Notes under the pieces: model-generated | Databases searched by the model: none | What the model was told of the DNA's origin: nothing | What the model saw: the letters and a program-made list of their open reading frames with translations, nothing else | Made by a program: the position numbers and the translations under genes | In this document: positions 37,215 to 46,524 of the stretch, piece after piece | How the letters are laid out: every line of letters begins with the position of its first letter | Numbering within the stretch: position 1 is the first letter of the stretch | Source of the DNA: Acutalibacteraceae bacterium | GTDB lineage: Bacteria; Bacillota; Clostridia; Oscillospirales; Acutalibacteraceae | Assembly (NCBI GenBank): GCA_045576295.1 | Contig: JAZNGF010000035.1 | Coordinates: 58 to 64,057 of the forward strand | Direction: 5' to 3' | Length of the DNA: 64,000 bases

Positions 37215-39190
37215 TTGTTTGTACCTCGAAGTTTGTTAATTCTATCGCGAAGATATGCCGCGTGCTCAAATTCAAGCATTTTGGCTGCCTGCCGCATTTC
37301 GCTTGTTAAGCGTTTTATAAGCATCTCGCGCTCGGCCTTTGTTAGGTGCTTTTCACTCTTATCATCGCCCTTTGAACGCGGCGTGATTTCGATAATTTCC
37401 CTAACATCTTTAATAATCGTTTTTGGCGTTATGCCGTGCCGCTTGTTATACTCGGTTTGTATTTCGCGGCGGCGGTTGGTTTCGCGTATTGCGCGCTCCA
37501 TTGAGCCTGTAACACTATCGGCATACATTATAACGGTGCCGCCTGCATTTCGAGCCGCACGGCCAATGGTTTGTATAAGCGAGGTTTCAGAACGCAGAAA
37601 GCCCTCTTTATCGGCATCGAGAATGGCAACCAACGATACTTCGGGAATATCAAGCCCTTCGCGCAAAAGGTTAATGCCAACCAAGGCATCAAATTCGCCT
37701 GTTCGAAGGTCGCGGATTATTTCCATTCTCTCGATAGTGTCGATATCATAGTGCATATAGCGCACGCGAATACCCACATTTTCAAGGTATTCGGTAAGGT
37801 CTTCGGCCATTTTTTTGGTGAGCGTTGTTATAAGCACGCGCTCATTTTTTGCCGCCCTTTGATTTATTTCGCCAACAAGGTCGTCAATCTGGCCGTCGAC
37901 CGGTTTAACTATAATTTGCGGGTCTAAAAGCCCGGTTGGCCTTATAACCTGCTCGACAGTTTGGGCAGAAACGCTCTTTTCAAGCTCGCCCGGTGTTGCC
38001 GAAACAAAAACCGCCTGATTTATGTGGGAATAGAATTCATCGAAATTCAATGGGCGGTTATCAAAGGCCGAAGGCAGCCTAAAGCCATAGTTCACAAGGT
38101 TCTCTTTTCGCGATCTATCTCCGCCGAACATTCCCCTAACCTGCGGCAATGTAACGTGAGATTCGTCAACAAATAATAGGTAATCATCATAAAAATAATC
38201 AAGAAGCGTAAATGGCACGCTGCCTGCAGGGCGGCGCGAAAGTATTCTTGAATAGTTTTCAACGCCCTTGCACATACCAATCTCTTTGAGCATTTCAACA
38301 TCGTATTCGGTTCGCTGGCGAATTCGTTGCGCTTCAATGAACATTTTTTTATCAAGAAAATATTTTTCGCGTTCTTCCATTTCGGCTAAAATTTCTTTCA
38401 GCGCCTGCTCCTTTTTATCTTCGGGAACAATATAGTGCGATGCAGGGTAGATTGCCACGTGGGATAAAAGGCCTTTAACCTCGCCTGTAACGGTGTTGAT
38501 TTCGCTTATTCTGTCAACCTCGTCACCAAAAAATTCAACCCTAATGGCATTGTCAGACGAATAGGCAGGGAAAATTTCAACAACATCACCGCGAACGCGG
38601 AACTTGTTACGGGTGAAGTTAATGTCGTTACGGTCATACTGCAGTTCAATCAGCTTTCTTATAAGCTCGTCGCGGTCTTTCTCCATTCCAACGCGAAGCG
38701 AAATAACCATATTGCGGTAGTCGATTGGGTTGCCAAGGCTATATATGCACGAAACACTGGCAACTATAATAACGTCGCGCCTCTCACTTAGCGCGCAGGT
38801 GGCAGAATGGCGAAGCTTGTCGATTTCGTCGTTAATGGCTGAATCTTTTTCAATATAAGTGTCGCTCCCCGGGATGTAGGCTTCGGGCTGGTAATAATCG
38901 TAGTAAGAAACAAAATACTCAACCGCATTATTGGGGAAGAACTCGCGAAACTCTGAGCACAACTGTGCCGCAAGGGTTTTATTGTGCGCCAGCACCAGGG
39001 TTGGCTTATTAACGCCTGCAATAATGTTGGCCATTGTGAAGGTTTTGCCCGAACCCGTAACGCCTAAGAGAACCTGCTCTTTTAAGCCGCTGTTGATGCC
39101 GTTTATAAGCTTTTCGATCGCCTCGGGCTGGTCGCCCGTTGGTTTATAAGGTGATACTAATTCGAACCTTTCCAAAGCCTTTCCTCCCAT
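37211..39190 (-). CDS. uvrB: Excinuclease ABC subunit B
   Basis: A 659-aa ORF with Walker A GVTGSGKT, helicase motifs, and the C-terminal UVR domain ([17 protein letters not shown]). Confidence 0.97.
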   Translation of the reverse strand: MGGKALERFELVSPYKPTGDQPEAIEKLINGINSGLKEQVLLGVTGSGKTFTMANIIAGVNKPTLVLAHNKTLAAQLCSEFREFFPNNAVEYFVSYYDYYQPEAYIPGSDTYIEKDSAINDEIDKLRHSATCALSERRDVIIVASVSCIYSLGNPIDYRNMVISLRVGMEKDRDELIRKLIELQYDRNDINFTRNKFRVRGDVVEIFPAYSSDNAIRVEFFGDEVDRISEINTVTGEVKGLLSHVAIYPASHYIVPEDKKEQALKEILAEMEEREKYFLDKKMFIEAQRIRQRTEYDVEMLKEIGMCKGVENYSRILSRRPAGSVPFTLLDYFYDDYLLFVDESHVTLPQVRGMFGGDRSRKENLVNYGFRLPSAFDNRPLNFDEFYSHINQAVFVSATPGELEKSVSAQTVEQVIRPTGLLDPQIIVKPVDGQIDDLVGEINQRAAKNERVLITTLTKKMAEDLTEYLENVGIRVRYMHYDIDTIERMEIIRDLRTGEFDALVGINLLREGLDIPEVSLVAILDADKEGFLRSETSLIQTIGRAARNAGGTVIMYADSVTGSMERAIRETNRRREIQTEYNKRHGITPKTIIKDVREIIEITPRSKGDDKSEKHLTKAEREMLIKRLTSEMRQAAKMLEFEHAAYLRDRINKLRGTNK

Positions 39191-39518
39191 TTTACACTTT
39201 TATTTTAGTATACCACAAAAATTTTATAAGTAAATAAAATAGCAGATGCTTTTTCGCACCTGCTATTAATAATTATTTGGTTTTGAAAAATGCTGTTTTT
39301 ATTTATATTATACATAATTTGAACAACTTCACAGCGCTGTGCAATGCTTCTAATTATCAGCAACAGCATTTTACCATAATTACTTTAGTTTCACAATAAT
39401 TAACAAAACTTATAAACCTGCAAAAACGGCGAAAACACCACGGTTTACCTTGTGTTTTCGTGGGCAGTGCACTAATTTTTATTAAAGCAACAAGCAAGGT
39501 TTTAGGCATAATATACTC

Positions 39519-39547
39519 TTGAAAAAGCGCGTAATATGAGGTATAAT
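39519..39547 (+). promoter_or_regulatory. Putative promoter of the zinc-ribbon/acyl-transfer operon
   Basis: TTGAAA (39519-39524), a 17-nt spacer, TATAAT (39542-39547). Confidence 0.55.
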
Positions 39548-39579
39548 GTACTAAATATGTATTATGAGGTGGTATTGCT

Positions 39580-40254
39580 ATGTATACTTGTTCAAAATGT
39601 AATTTTAAAACCGAAACTGCTATAAATTATTGCCCGCAGTGCGGCGGCGGAATGTTGTTTGTTAAACCTATGGTTCAAAAGCCGGCTGAACCCACCTTCG
39701 CGCAGCCTGTACAGCAAAATGTTCAACCACCTGTTCAGCCACAGCCTGCAAATCAAGCATACACTACACAAAGCGCACCCGCTGAGCCTATGCATAATCA
39801 ATATAATACACAGGGTTATAGCCAGCCCACCGCGCAATTTCAGGCTGAACCTACATACGCACCGCCTTCTGCGCCGCAACAAAATCAATACAACGCATAT
39901 AATTCGCATAATTATTCGGCTCAAAACAATAATTTCTACCAGCCCGTTAACGAGCCAAAGGTTTCGGTGGGCCGCAAAATCGCCGGCATGGTTCTTTCGA
40001 TTATCGGTGCTGCTTTCGCGTTCTTTACCTTCATTGGCACATTAGATTCAATGGGCTACGAAGATGCATTCGACGGCGCCTTTATTTTAACACTTTTATT
40101 CGGCGCGCTTCCTATTATTGGGCTTGTGCTTTCAAACAAATGCCGAAACGACGGCGACACATCGCCCATTTCCAAGGTTGGTAAAATCCTTGGCATAGTG
40201 GGCCTTGCGTTGTTTGGTTTAAGCCTGTTCTTTGGTTTTGTTAGTTTAGCCTAA
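39580..40254 (+). CDS. Zinc-ribbon membrane protein, paralog 1 (long Q/P-rich linker)
   Basis: N-terminal CxxC-x13-CxxC (MYTCSKCNF...NYCPQCGG), a Q/P/A/Y-rich low-complexity linker, and about 3 TM helices with the conserved LSNKCRNDGD loop. Confidence 0.8.
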   Translation: MYTCSKCNFKTETAINYCPQCGGGMLFVKPMVQKPAEPTFAQPVQQNVQPPVQPQPANQAYTTQSAPAEPMHNQYNTQGYSQPTAQFQAEPTYAPPSAPQQNQYNAYNSHNYSAQNNNFYQPVNEPKVSVGRKIAGMVLSIIGAAFAFFTFIGTLDSMGYEDAFDGAFILTLLFGALPIIGLVLSNKCRNDGDTSPISKVGKILGIVGLALFGLSLFFGFVSLA

Positions 40255-40313
40255 TACGCTTGATTGGTTTAATTTATTTAATTGAATTTAGAATTTAAAA
40301 AGGTGGAATTATT

Positions 40314-40838
40314 ATGTATACTTGTTCAAAATGTGATTTTAAAACTGAAACCGCTATAAATTATTGCCCCGAGTGCGGCGGCACAATGGTTTATGTTCAG
40401 CCAGCAGCGCAGCAATCGGCCGAACCCACCTATGCACCGCCCACTTACTCGCAACCTGCTTACACACAGCATAGTTCTAACACCTATGCACCTTATCAAG
40501 ATGTGTATACTACACCCACCGCACCCAAAAAACCGCACTTAGCATTTAAAATTGTTTCAATGGCTTTATCTATTGGCGGCTTTGTTCTTGCTCTTGTTAC
40601 TTTCTTTTACACACTTTTCGGCCTAATTGAGCCACCCGTTGCGTTTGTTTTTTCATTTATTTTTTCAATTTTCTATTCGCCGCTTTCGATTGTTGGCCTT
40701 ATTCTTTCAAACAAATGCCAAAACGCAGGCGATAACTCGGCCTTTTCGAAGGTTGGCAAAATTTTAGGGCTTATTGGCGTTATTATTTATGGCGTTAGCC
40801 TGTTTATCGGCGTTATGTCGCTTGGTGCAGGTTTTTAA
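40314..40838 (+). CDS. Zinc-ribbon membrane protein, paralog 2
   Basis: Same architecture. The 5' end is nearly identical to paralog 1, and the 3' end is nearly identical to paralog 3. Confidence 0.8.
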   Translation: MYTCSKCDFKTETAINYCPECGGTMVYVQPAAQQSAEPTYAPPTYSQPAYTQHSSNTYAPYQDVYTTPTAPKKPHLAFKIVSMALSIGGFVLALVTFFYTLFGLIEPPVAFVFSFIFSIFYSPLSIVGLILSNKCQNAGDNSAFSKVGKILGLIGVIIYGVSLFIGVMSLGAGF

Positions 40839-40856
40839 TTCAAATTTATAGTTTTG
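40721..40856 (+). repeat. Direct repeat unit A (3' end of paralog 2 plus 18 nt of downstream flank)
   Basis: Aligns without gaps to 41222-41357. I count 4 mismatches in 136 nt. Confidence 0.9.
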
Positions 40857-40895
40857 GTTAGTTAAATAAAGCACTTCTCGAAAGGGGCAACTACT

Positions 40896-41339
40896 GTGTA
40901 TACTTGTTCAAAATGCGGTTTTACAAACAATTCTGAATTGAATTTTTGCCCCATGTGCGGAGCACAGGTTGTTTCGAAACAAAACACGACCGAGCAACCT
41001 ATTGAGTCGGCAAGTGGCACTACCGTTAAAAAGCCGCATCTTGCATTTAAAATTATCTCAATGGTTTTATCTATTGAGGGTTTTTATGCAGCTTATGTAA
41101 CCTTAATATTAACACTTGTGGGCCTTATTCAACAGCCGTTTTCTTTCGAATTTTCAGTTGGTTTTTCGTTATTCTATGCGCCACTTTCGGTTGTTGGACT
41201 TATATTTTCAAATAAATGCCGAAACGCAGGCGATAACTTAGCCTTTTCGAAGGTTGGCAAAATTTTAGGGCTTATTGGCATTATTCTTTATGGCGTTAGC
41301 CTGTTTATCGGCGTTATGTCGCTTGGTGCAGGTTTTTAA
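40896..41339 (+). CDS. Zinc-ribbon membrane protein, paralog 3 (GTG start, short linker)
   Basis: MYTCSKCGF...NFCPMCG and the same C-terminal TM module ending GVMSLGAGF. Confidence 0.78.
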   Translation: MYTCSKCGFTNNSELNFCPMCGAQVVSKQNTTEQPIESASGTTVKKPHLAFKIISMVLSIEGFYAAYVTLILTLVGLIQQPFSFEFSVGFSLFYAPLSVVGLIFSNKCRNAGDNLAFSKVGKILGLIGIILYGVSLFIGVMSLGAGF

Positions 41340-41357
41340 TTCAAATTTATAGTTTTG
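41222..41357 (+). repeat. Direct repeat unit B (3' end of paralog 3 plus 18 nt of downstream flank)
   Basis: See 40721-40856. The offset is exactly 501 nt. Confidence 0.9.
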
Positions 41358-41367
41358 TGAGGCCGAT

Positions 41368-43281
41368 ATGAACAAAAACCTTAAAAAAGTTATTTCTTAT
41401 AATCGCGATGCGCTTGTTAATTCGCAAAAAAATCTTAGCGATATTTTTAAAGTTATGTTCCACTGCGAAGATAATATTTTATGCGAATATAACGATGGTT
41501 TTAGAATTAAAAAAGAAACCTACCGCGATGTTTTAAAAAAAATTGAAACTGCTGCTTCGGGGCTTTACCAAAAAATCGGCGCAACACATAGCTACATAGC
41601 CCTTGCAATAGATAATTCACCCGAATGGATAGTTGCGTTTTGGGCTATTTTAAAAAGCGGCAACAAACCCTACCTTGTTAACCTGCGTTACCCCGATTCG
41701 TTAACTAATGGGATTTTAAAAACGCTTAACATTAAATATGCCGTTTGCTCGGCAGAAACGTCTTTAAATGCCGAAGATATTCTTGTTTCTTCGCTAAGTG
41801 GCGATGTTTCGGTGCCCGAAGGCGAATTTGAAAACGAAATTGCCTTTTCATCATCGGCAACCTCAATGAACGAGGTGGTTTGCTTTTACACAGGGCAACA
41901 AATAGCCGAACAGATTTTAAACTTTGAAGATATTATTAAGTTAGAACCACGCATGATAAAGCATTATAAAGGCTATTTAAAGCAGCTTGCTTTCTTGCCG
42001 TTTTACCATGTGTTTGGGCTTTTTGCGGTTTATTTTTGGTTCACCTTTTTTGGAAGAACGCTGGTGTTCCTGCGTGATTACTCGGCAGATACTATTCTTA
42101 AAACCTGCCGCAAGCACTGCGTTACTCATATTTTTGCGGTGCCCGTTTTATGGCACACTGTTGAAGCCGGCATAATTGCCGCCGCAAAAGACGGAGGCGA
42201 AAAGAAATATAATAAACTTATGCGCGCCATTAAGTTTACAACCGCAATTCAAAACATTTTCCCAAGTTTTGGCCCCGAAATTGCAAAGAAAATCACAAGC
42301 GAGGTTACCGAAAAGGTTTTTGGTAAATCGGTTATGTTTTGCATAAACGGCGGAAGCTACCTTAAAGACAGCACGCTGAAACTTTTAAACGGCATTGGTT
42401 ACAGCACCTATAACGGCTACGGAATGAGCGAAATAGGAATAACCTCGGTTGAGCTTGGAAGAAAGGCAAAACAGCGCAACCTTAATTCTATCGGCAGGCC
42501 GTTTACATCGGTTGAATATAAAATAGATAACAACGGCATTTTGCTTGTTAAGGGCAGTTCGCTATGTGTTAGAAAATTAGTGAACGGCGAAGAACAAAAA
42601 ATCGGCGGCTGGTTCTACACCGGCGATAAAATGGAATGCCGAAACGGCGACTATTACATCCTTGGCCGACTTGGCGATATGGTTATTGGTGAAAACGGCG
42701 AAAACATTAATCCCGACAGCATTGAAAAGTTAATAACCGTGCCCGACGCGAGCGCATTTTCGGTTTTAGGGATGGATGGCGAAAACGGGCAGGAATTATC
42801 GATAGTTGTTCAGGTTAATAATTTTATTTCTGACAATAAACTTTCTAAAATTCGAAACGATATTTACGAAATTAACGATACGCTCCCCAAAGCCACCGCA
42901 ATTAAAAAGTTCTATTTTACAACCGACAATCTGTGCCCGCCAAATGCCATTAAGGTTAGCCGTGCACAGCTTGTTAAAAAAATAAATAATGGAGAAATTA
43001 AACTTACATTATTCGCAGATATGAAGGCAAATGCCGGCAGCGGCGAAGATTCACCCCTTACCGAAAAGGTTAAAGAAATCGTTGCCGAAGCACTTGCTAT
43101 GAACCCCGCCGATGTTAGCAGCACCGCCCACATTTTCTACGACCTTGGCGCAACAAGCATTCAATACTTTTCAATCATTGCAAGCCTTTCAAAAGAGTTT
43201 GAAGTTCCCGATTACCAGCAAGATGATAAGTATTGCTACACGGTTAAAGACATTTGCGAATATTTAGAAAAACGTATTTAG
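41368..43281 (+). CDS. Adenylate-forming (ANL superfamily) enzyme with fused C-terminal carrier-protein domain
   Basis: ANL core motifs are present: YGMSEIG, GWFYTGDK, GENINPDSIE. The C-terminal ~75 aa resemble a PCP/ACP, with DLGATSIQYF as the putative phosphopantetheine serine. The canonical P-loop appears degenerate (SSSATSMNEVV). Confidence 0.75.
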   Translation: MNKNLKKVISYNRDALVNSQKNLSDIFKVMFHCEDNILCEYNDGFRIKKETYRDVLKKIETAASGLYQKIGATHSYIALAIDNSPEWIVAFWAILKSGNKPYLVNLRYPDSLTNGILKTLNIKYAVCSAETSLNAEDILVSSLSGDVSVPEGEFENEIAFSSSATSMNEVVCFYTGQQIAEQILNFEDIIKLEPRMIKHYKGYLKQLAFLPFYHVFGLFAVYFWFTFFGRTLVFLRDYSADTILKTCRKHCVTHIFAVPVLWHTVEAGIIAAAKDGGEKKYNKLMRAIKFTTAIQNIFPSFGPEIAKKITSEVTEKVFGKSVMFCINGGSYLKDSTLKLLNGIGYSTYNGYGMSEIGITSVELGRKAKQRNLNSIGRPFTSVEYKIDNNGILLVKGSSLCVRKLVNGEEQKIGGWFYTGDKMECRNGDYYILGRLGDMVIGENGENINPDSIEKLITVPDASAFSVLGMDGENGQELSIVVQVNNFISDNKLSKIRNDIYEINDTLPKATAIKKFYFTTDNLCPPNAIKVSRAQLVKKINNGEIKLTLFADMKANAGSGEDSPLTEKVKEIVAEALAMNPADVSSTAHIFYDLGATSIQYFSIIASLSKEFEVPDYQQDDKYCYTVKDICEYLEKRI

Positions 43282-43282
43282 T

Positions 43283-44566
43283 ATGAAGAATAAATGGTTT
43301 GTTAGATTTTTTCTTATAATTACAAAGCTTACAGGATTTATACCTACACTTATATTTTTTAAGCCTAAAGTGTATACTGAAGATGGGGCAAAAAGGCGCT
43401 TGCCTAAAAATTGCATTTTGGTTTCTAACCATAAATCAATTTTCGATTTTGCTTTATACCTTATTATATTCCCCTTTAGAACTATACACTTTTTAATGGC
43501 CGAAGTGCTTTATAACAAAAGCAAGTTTTTTGCATTTTTGCTTAATTCCTGGGGCGGAATAAGGGTTGAGCGCGACGCTCACGATTTTTCCTTTGTTTCT
43601 GAATCTATTGAAGTTTTAGATAGAGGCGGCATAGTTGGCATTTTCCCCGAAGGCAGGCTACCCGTTAATAACAAGCCCTGGCCCTTTACAACAAGTACCG
43701 CTTTTATTGCCATACATTCAGATGCACCCATTGTTCCCATTTACACAAACGGCAATTATGGCCTTTTCAAGCGAGCAAAGGTGTGCATAGGAAAGCCTTT
43801 TTATGTTTCAGATTATTATAAAGAAGGCCTTGAAGAGAAAGACCAAATCAAGCACCTTACCGAACTCACCGAAAAAAAGGTGTATGACCTTAAGAACACA
43901 ATCGAAAATGCCGACAAACTGCACAGTTTTTTTAGTTTTAAGCATTTTCCAATGGATATGGCGCGATTGGTTTGCAGCGTTCTCCCACCTATTCTTCGCA
44001 TTAGGCGCCTAACACCGGGCGGCGAAAAATACAAAAACAAATTAAAGGGCGGTGCCATTATTACCGCCAATCACACTTCGTTTATCGACCCGTTTTTGGT
44101 TGGCGTTACCTTTTGGTACAGAAGGCTTTACTTTTTAGCCGCTGAAACGGTTATGAAGGGTAAACTGCGCTCGCTTTTATTAAAGGGAATCGGTTCAATT
44201 AAGATTGACCGCCAGGCGGCCGACATTGAAGCAATAAACAAATCGGTTGAAAAGCTTAAAAAAGGTTACCTTTTAGCCGTTTTCCCGCAGGGTGGAATTA
44301 AAAAAGACGATAACGTTGAATCGGTAAAATCGGGCGCGATTCTTATGGCTATTCGAGCAGGCGTGCCCATTGTTCCAATGCACATTGCCCCGCGCAAGCA
44401 CTGGTATAACAAACGCAACGTAATTATTGGCAAAACCATTAACCCAAAAGAATTTTGCAAGGGTAAATTCCCCAGCACAACTGATATTAAAAACATAACC
44501 GATGCACTAATTTTCGAACTTAAAAGGTGCAAATCGGCAAGTGATGCCACATTATCGGAGGAATAA
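43283..44566 (+). CDS. Tandem PlsC-type (LPLAT) acyltransferase, two catalytic domains
   Basis: Two HX4D motifs (NHKSIFD and NHTSFID), each followed by an FPEG-type block (FPEGR, FPQGG). There is an N-terminal membrane anchor. Confidence 0.8.
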   Translation: MKNKWFVRFFLIITKLTGFIPTLIFFKPKVYTEDGAKRRLPKNCILVSNHKSIFDFALYLIIFPFRTIHFLMAEVLYNKSKFFAFLLNSWGGIRVERDAHDFSFVSESIEVLDRGGIVGIFPEGRLPVNNKPWPFTTSTAFIAIHSDAPIVPIYTNGNYGLFKRAKVCIGKPFYVSDYYKEGLEEKDQIKHLTELTEKKVYDLKNTIENADKLHSFFSFKHFPMDMARLVCSVLPPILRIRRLTPGGEKYKNKLKGGAIITANHTSFIDPFLVGVTFWYRRLYFLAAETVMKGKLRSLLLKGIGSIKIDRQAADIEAINKSVEKLKKGYLLAVFPQGGIKKDDNVESVKSGAILMAIRAGVPIVPMHIAPRKHWYNKRNVIIGKTINPKEFCKGKFPSTTDIKNITDALIFELKRCKSASDATLSEE

Positions 44567-44568
44567 TA

Positions 44569-44808
44569 ATGAACACATTTGAAAGATTATTAAATGTTTG
44601 CACTGCCGTTTTTGAAGGCGATATTGACACATCTGCAATTAAACCCGAAGCAAGGCTTCGCGAAGATATTAATATTAACTCAATTGGCATTTTGTATATG
44701 GCGTTGGCCATTGAAGAAGAATTCGGCATTAAATTCACTAACGAAGACTTCACCGATATTACCACCGTTAACGATGTTATTGCCATAATTGAAAAGAAGG
44801 TTTCATAA
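44569..44808 (+). CDS. Stand-alone acyl carrier protein
   Basis: A 79-aa acidic four-helix-type protein with DININSIGILYMALAIEEEFGI (Ser in a DxxS-like context). It starts 2 nt after the upstream gene. Confidence 0.7.
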   Translation: MNTFERLLNVCTAVFEGDIDTSAIKPEARLREDININSIGILYMALAIEEEFGIKFTNEDFTDITTVNDVIAIIEKKVS

Positions 44809-45212
44809 TGGAGTGGACTGTTAACACCCCAGAGCCTGCCCAAATAATCAGAACCAAGGTTAGCTTTTATTATCATTATGGCATTTTTATTAGCGAAGAC
44901 GAGGTTATTCAGTTCGGCCTGCCCGATGACCCGGGCAAGCCTGCAGAACAAATAAAGGTGCTTTCAACCGACATTTACACTTTTTTGGGCGGTGGCGAGC
45001 TTGAAACTGCGGCACCAAGCAGCAGCGAAAGAAAGCGTATGAGAAGCCCGGAAGATATAATAAAAATCGCCCGCTCACGAATCGGAGAGGGCGGATACGA
45101 CATTCTTCACAATAACTGCGAACACTTTGTGAACGAGTGCGTTTTTGGCGAAAGCAGTTCATCGTTCCTGAACAGTGTGCGCGATAAAATTCGAAAAAAA
45201 TTAAACAAATAG
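44808..45212 (+). CDS. LRAT/PLAAT-like (NlpC/P60 superfamily) thiol acyltransferase/phospholipase
   Basis: A 134-aa ORF with a His in HYGIFIS and the NCEHFVNEC catalytic-cysteine motif. The ATG overlaps the ACP stop. Confidence 0.7.
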   Translation: MEWTVNTPEPAQIIRTKVSFYYHYGIFISEDEVIQFGLPDDPGKPAEQIKVLSTDIYTFLGGGELETAAPSSSERKRMRSPEDIIKIARSRIGEGGYDILHNNCEHFVNECVFGESSSSFLNSVRDKIRKKLNK

Positions 45213-45268
45213 CGCGTTTGCGTTTTATGGCGAGCGCGCAACATTTTTATCATGTTTTGCGGCAAAAG

Positions 45269-45817
45269 TTATATTATAGTGATAATATAATCGCCGCTTA
45301 TAAAGACCTGCTTTTTAAGCGAAAGGGTTTCTATTGGCCGAAGGCCGGCAACATCGCCGCCCTTTTTAAAACGGGCTTCCTTTGCTGTCCACACTTTGAA
45401 AAATCTGCGGTTAACATCATCAGGTTCGTTATTTTTAAGCACATATTCCCTTTCGCTTTCTGTGCAAACATATTCAACTAATTTTCGGCTAACGGGCCGT
45501 ATTTTTTCTATATCTATGCCTATGGGCTCGGCGCTTATTGCGCACGCAACCATATCGAAGCTGTGAGAAATGCTCACAAACAAATTGCAGCCTTTTAAAT
45601 AAGGCTTCCCATTCTCGTGCATTTCGATGGGCACGCTTCTGCCAAGTTCTTTTAAAACAAGCTGGTTTAAAAGGTGGGTTGCCATTAGCGAACACCTGCG
45701 TGCTTCTTCTTTTTTCATTCTGTCGATATGTGCTTTTCTTGAAGGCGAAAGCGAAGCATACACGGCGCTATACTGCTCGGCAGTTAAGTTGGTAGTTTGG
45801 CCTGTTAACCAGTTCAA
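45269..45817 (-). CDS. Sfp-type 4'-phosphopantetheinyl transferase
   Basis: A 182-aa ORF with the motifs SISHS, GIDIE and WTAKEARFK. Confidence 0.85.
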   Translation of the reverse strand: MNWLTGQTTNLTAEQYSAVYASLSPSRKAHIDRMKKEEARRCSLMATHLLNQLVLKELGRSVPIEMHENGKPYLKGCNLFVSISHSFDMVACAISAEPIGIDIEKIRPVSRKLVEYVCTESEREYVLKNNEPDDVNRRFFKVWTAKEARFKKGGDVAGLRPIETLSLKKQVFISGDYIITII

Positions 45818-45870
45818 TGCAATTTCTCCTTAAACATTTGTGAACAACTACAATACAAAAACGAGGGGCG

Positions 45871-46524
45871 GTGAAGGTTATGTGGATTTTCCTTGGTATA
45901 CTCGCATTTATAGTTATTCTTATTACTGTAATTTTGCTGTTGCCGGTTTATATTATATTTAAATCAGACGATGACGGCGAGTTAATGATTAGGTATAAAA
46001 TACTGTTCAAAACCTTTGGCGAAGACCCAGACCCTAACCAGCCCATTGTTAAAGCATTAAAAGAAATTTCGGGTGTTTCAAGGCTTAGCAAAGAAAAGCT
46101 TCAAAAAAGCGCAAAAGCAAGCAGTTGGTTTGAAACCTTAAAAGACAGTTTTTCGCTCATAGTGGGGCTGTTAAAAAGGTTGCTTGCACTGGTTAAAATT
46201 TGCAAAATAAAGGTTTTGCGCATTAACATTGTTTGCGCCGAAGGCGAACCCGACAAAACCGCAATTAACTATGGAACCTGCTATGCGGTTATTTCGCCTA
46301 TTTTGAACTTTTTGCATTCTTCAATGAAGGTTAGAAGCCGCGGTGAAAGCATTAATATTTCCTGCGACTTCGAAAGCAGCGAAAGCTCTTATGACTATGA
46401 AGTTGTTTTAACCATTCCGTTTTACAAGGTTGTTGATGCTCTTTTACGCGCCGCGTTTGATGAAGCAAAGCGAATATCAAAAAAGAACACCCAGAGAATT
46501 ATTTCGAATAAAAATCGAAAGTGA
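45871..46524 (+). CDS. DUF2953-like membrane-anchored protein
   Basis: A 217-aa ORF with an N-terminal TM helix and a repetitive beta-rich body. Family name is from memory. The start is GTG 45871 or ATG 45880. Confidence 0.5.
   Translation: MKVMWIFLGILAFIVILITVILLLPVYIIFKSDDDGELMIRYKILFKTFGEDPDPNQPIVKALKEISGVSRLSKEKLQKSAKASSWFETLKDSFSLIVGLLKRLLALVKICKIKVLRINIVCAEGEPDKTAINYGTCYAVISPILNFLHSSMKVRSRGESINISCDFESSESSYDYEVVLTIPFYKVVDALLRAAFDEAKRISKKNTQRIISNKNRK

Noticed and set aside
39191-39330. A LexA (Cheo-type GAAC-N4-GTTC) box upstream of uvrB.
   Set aside because: The only near match is GAACAACTTCAC (about 39322), which lacks the second half-site and lies more than 100 nt from the likely promoter. 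Not supported.
39690-39960. The Q/P/A/Y-rich region of zinc-ribbon paralog 1 considered as a DNA tandem repeat or VNTR.
   Set aside because: The compositional bias is at the protein level. I could not find a repeating nucleotide unit of fixed period.
45218-45481. A plus-strand 87-aa ORF after the LRAT-like gene.
   Set aside because: It lies antisense within the well-supported PPTase gene (motifs GIDIE and WTAKEA on the minus strand).
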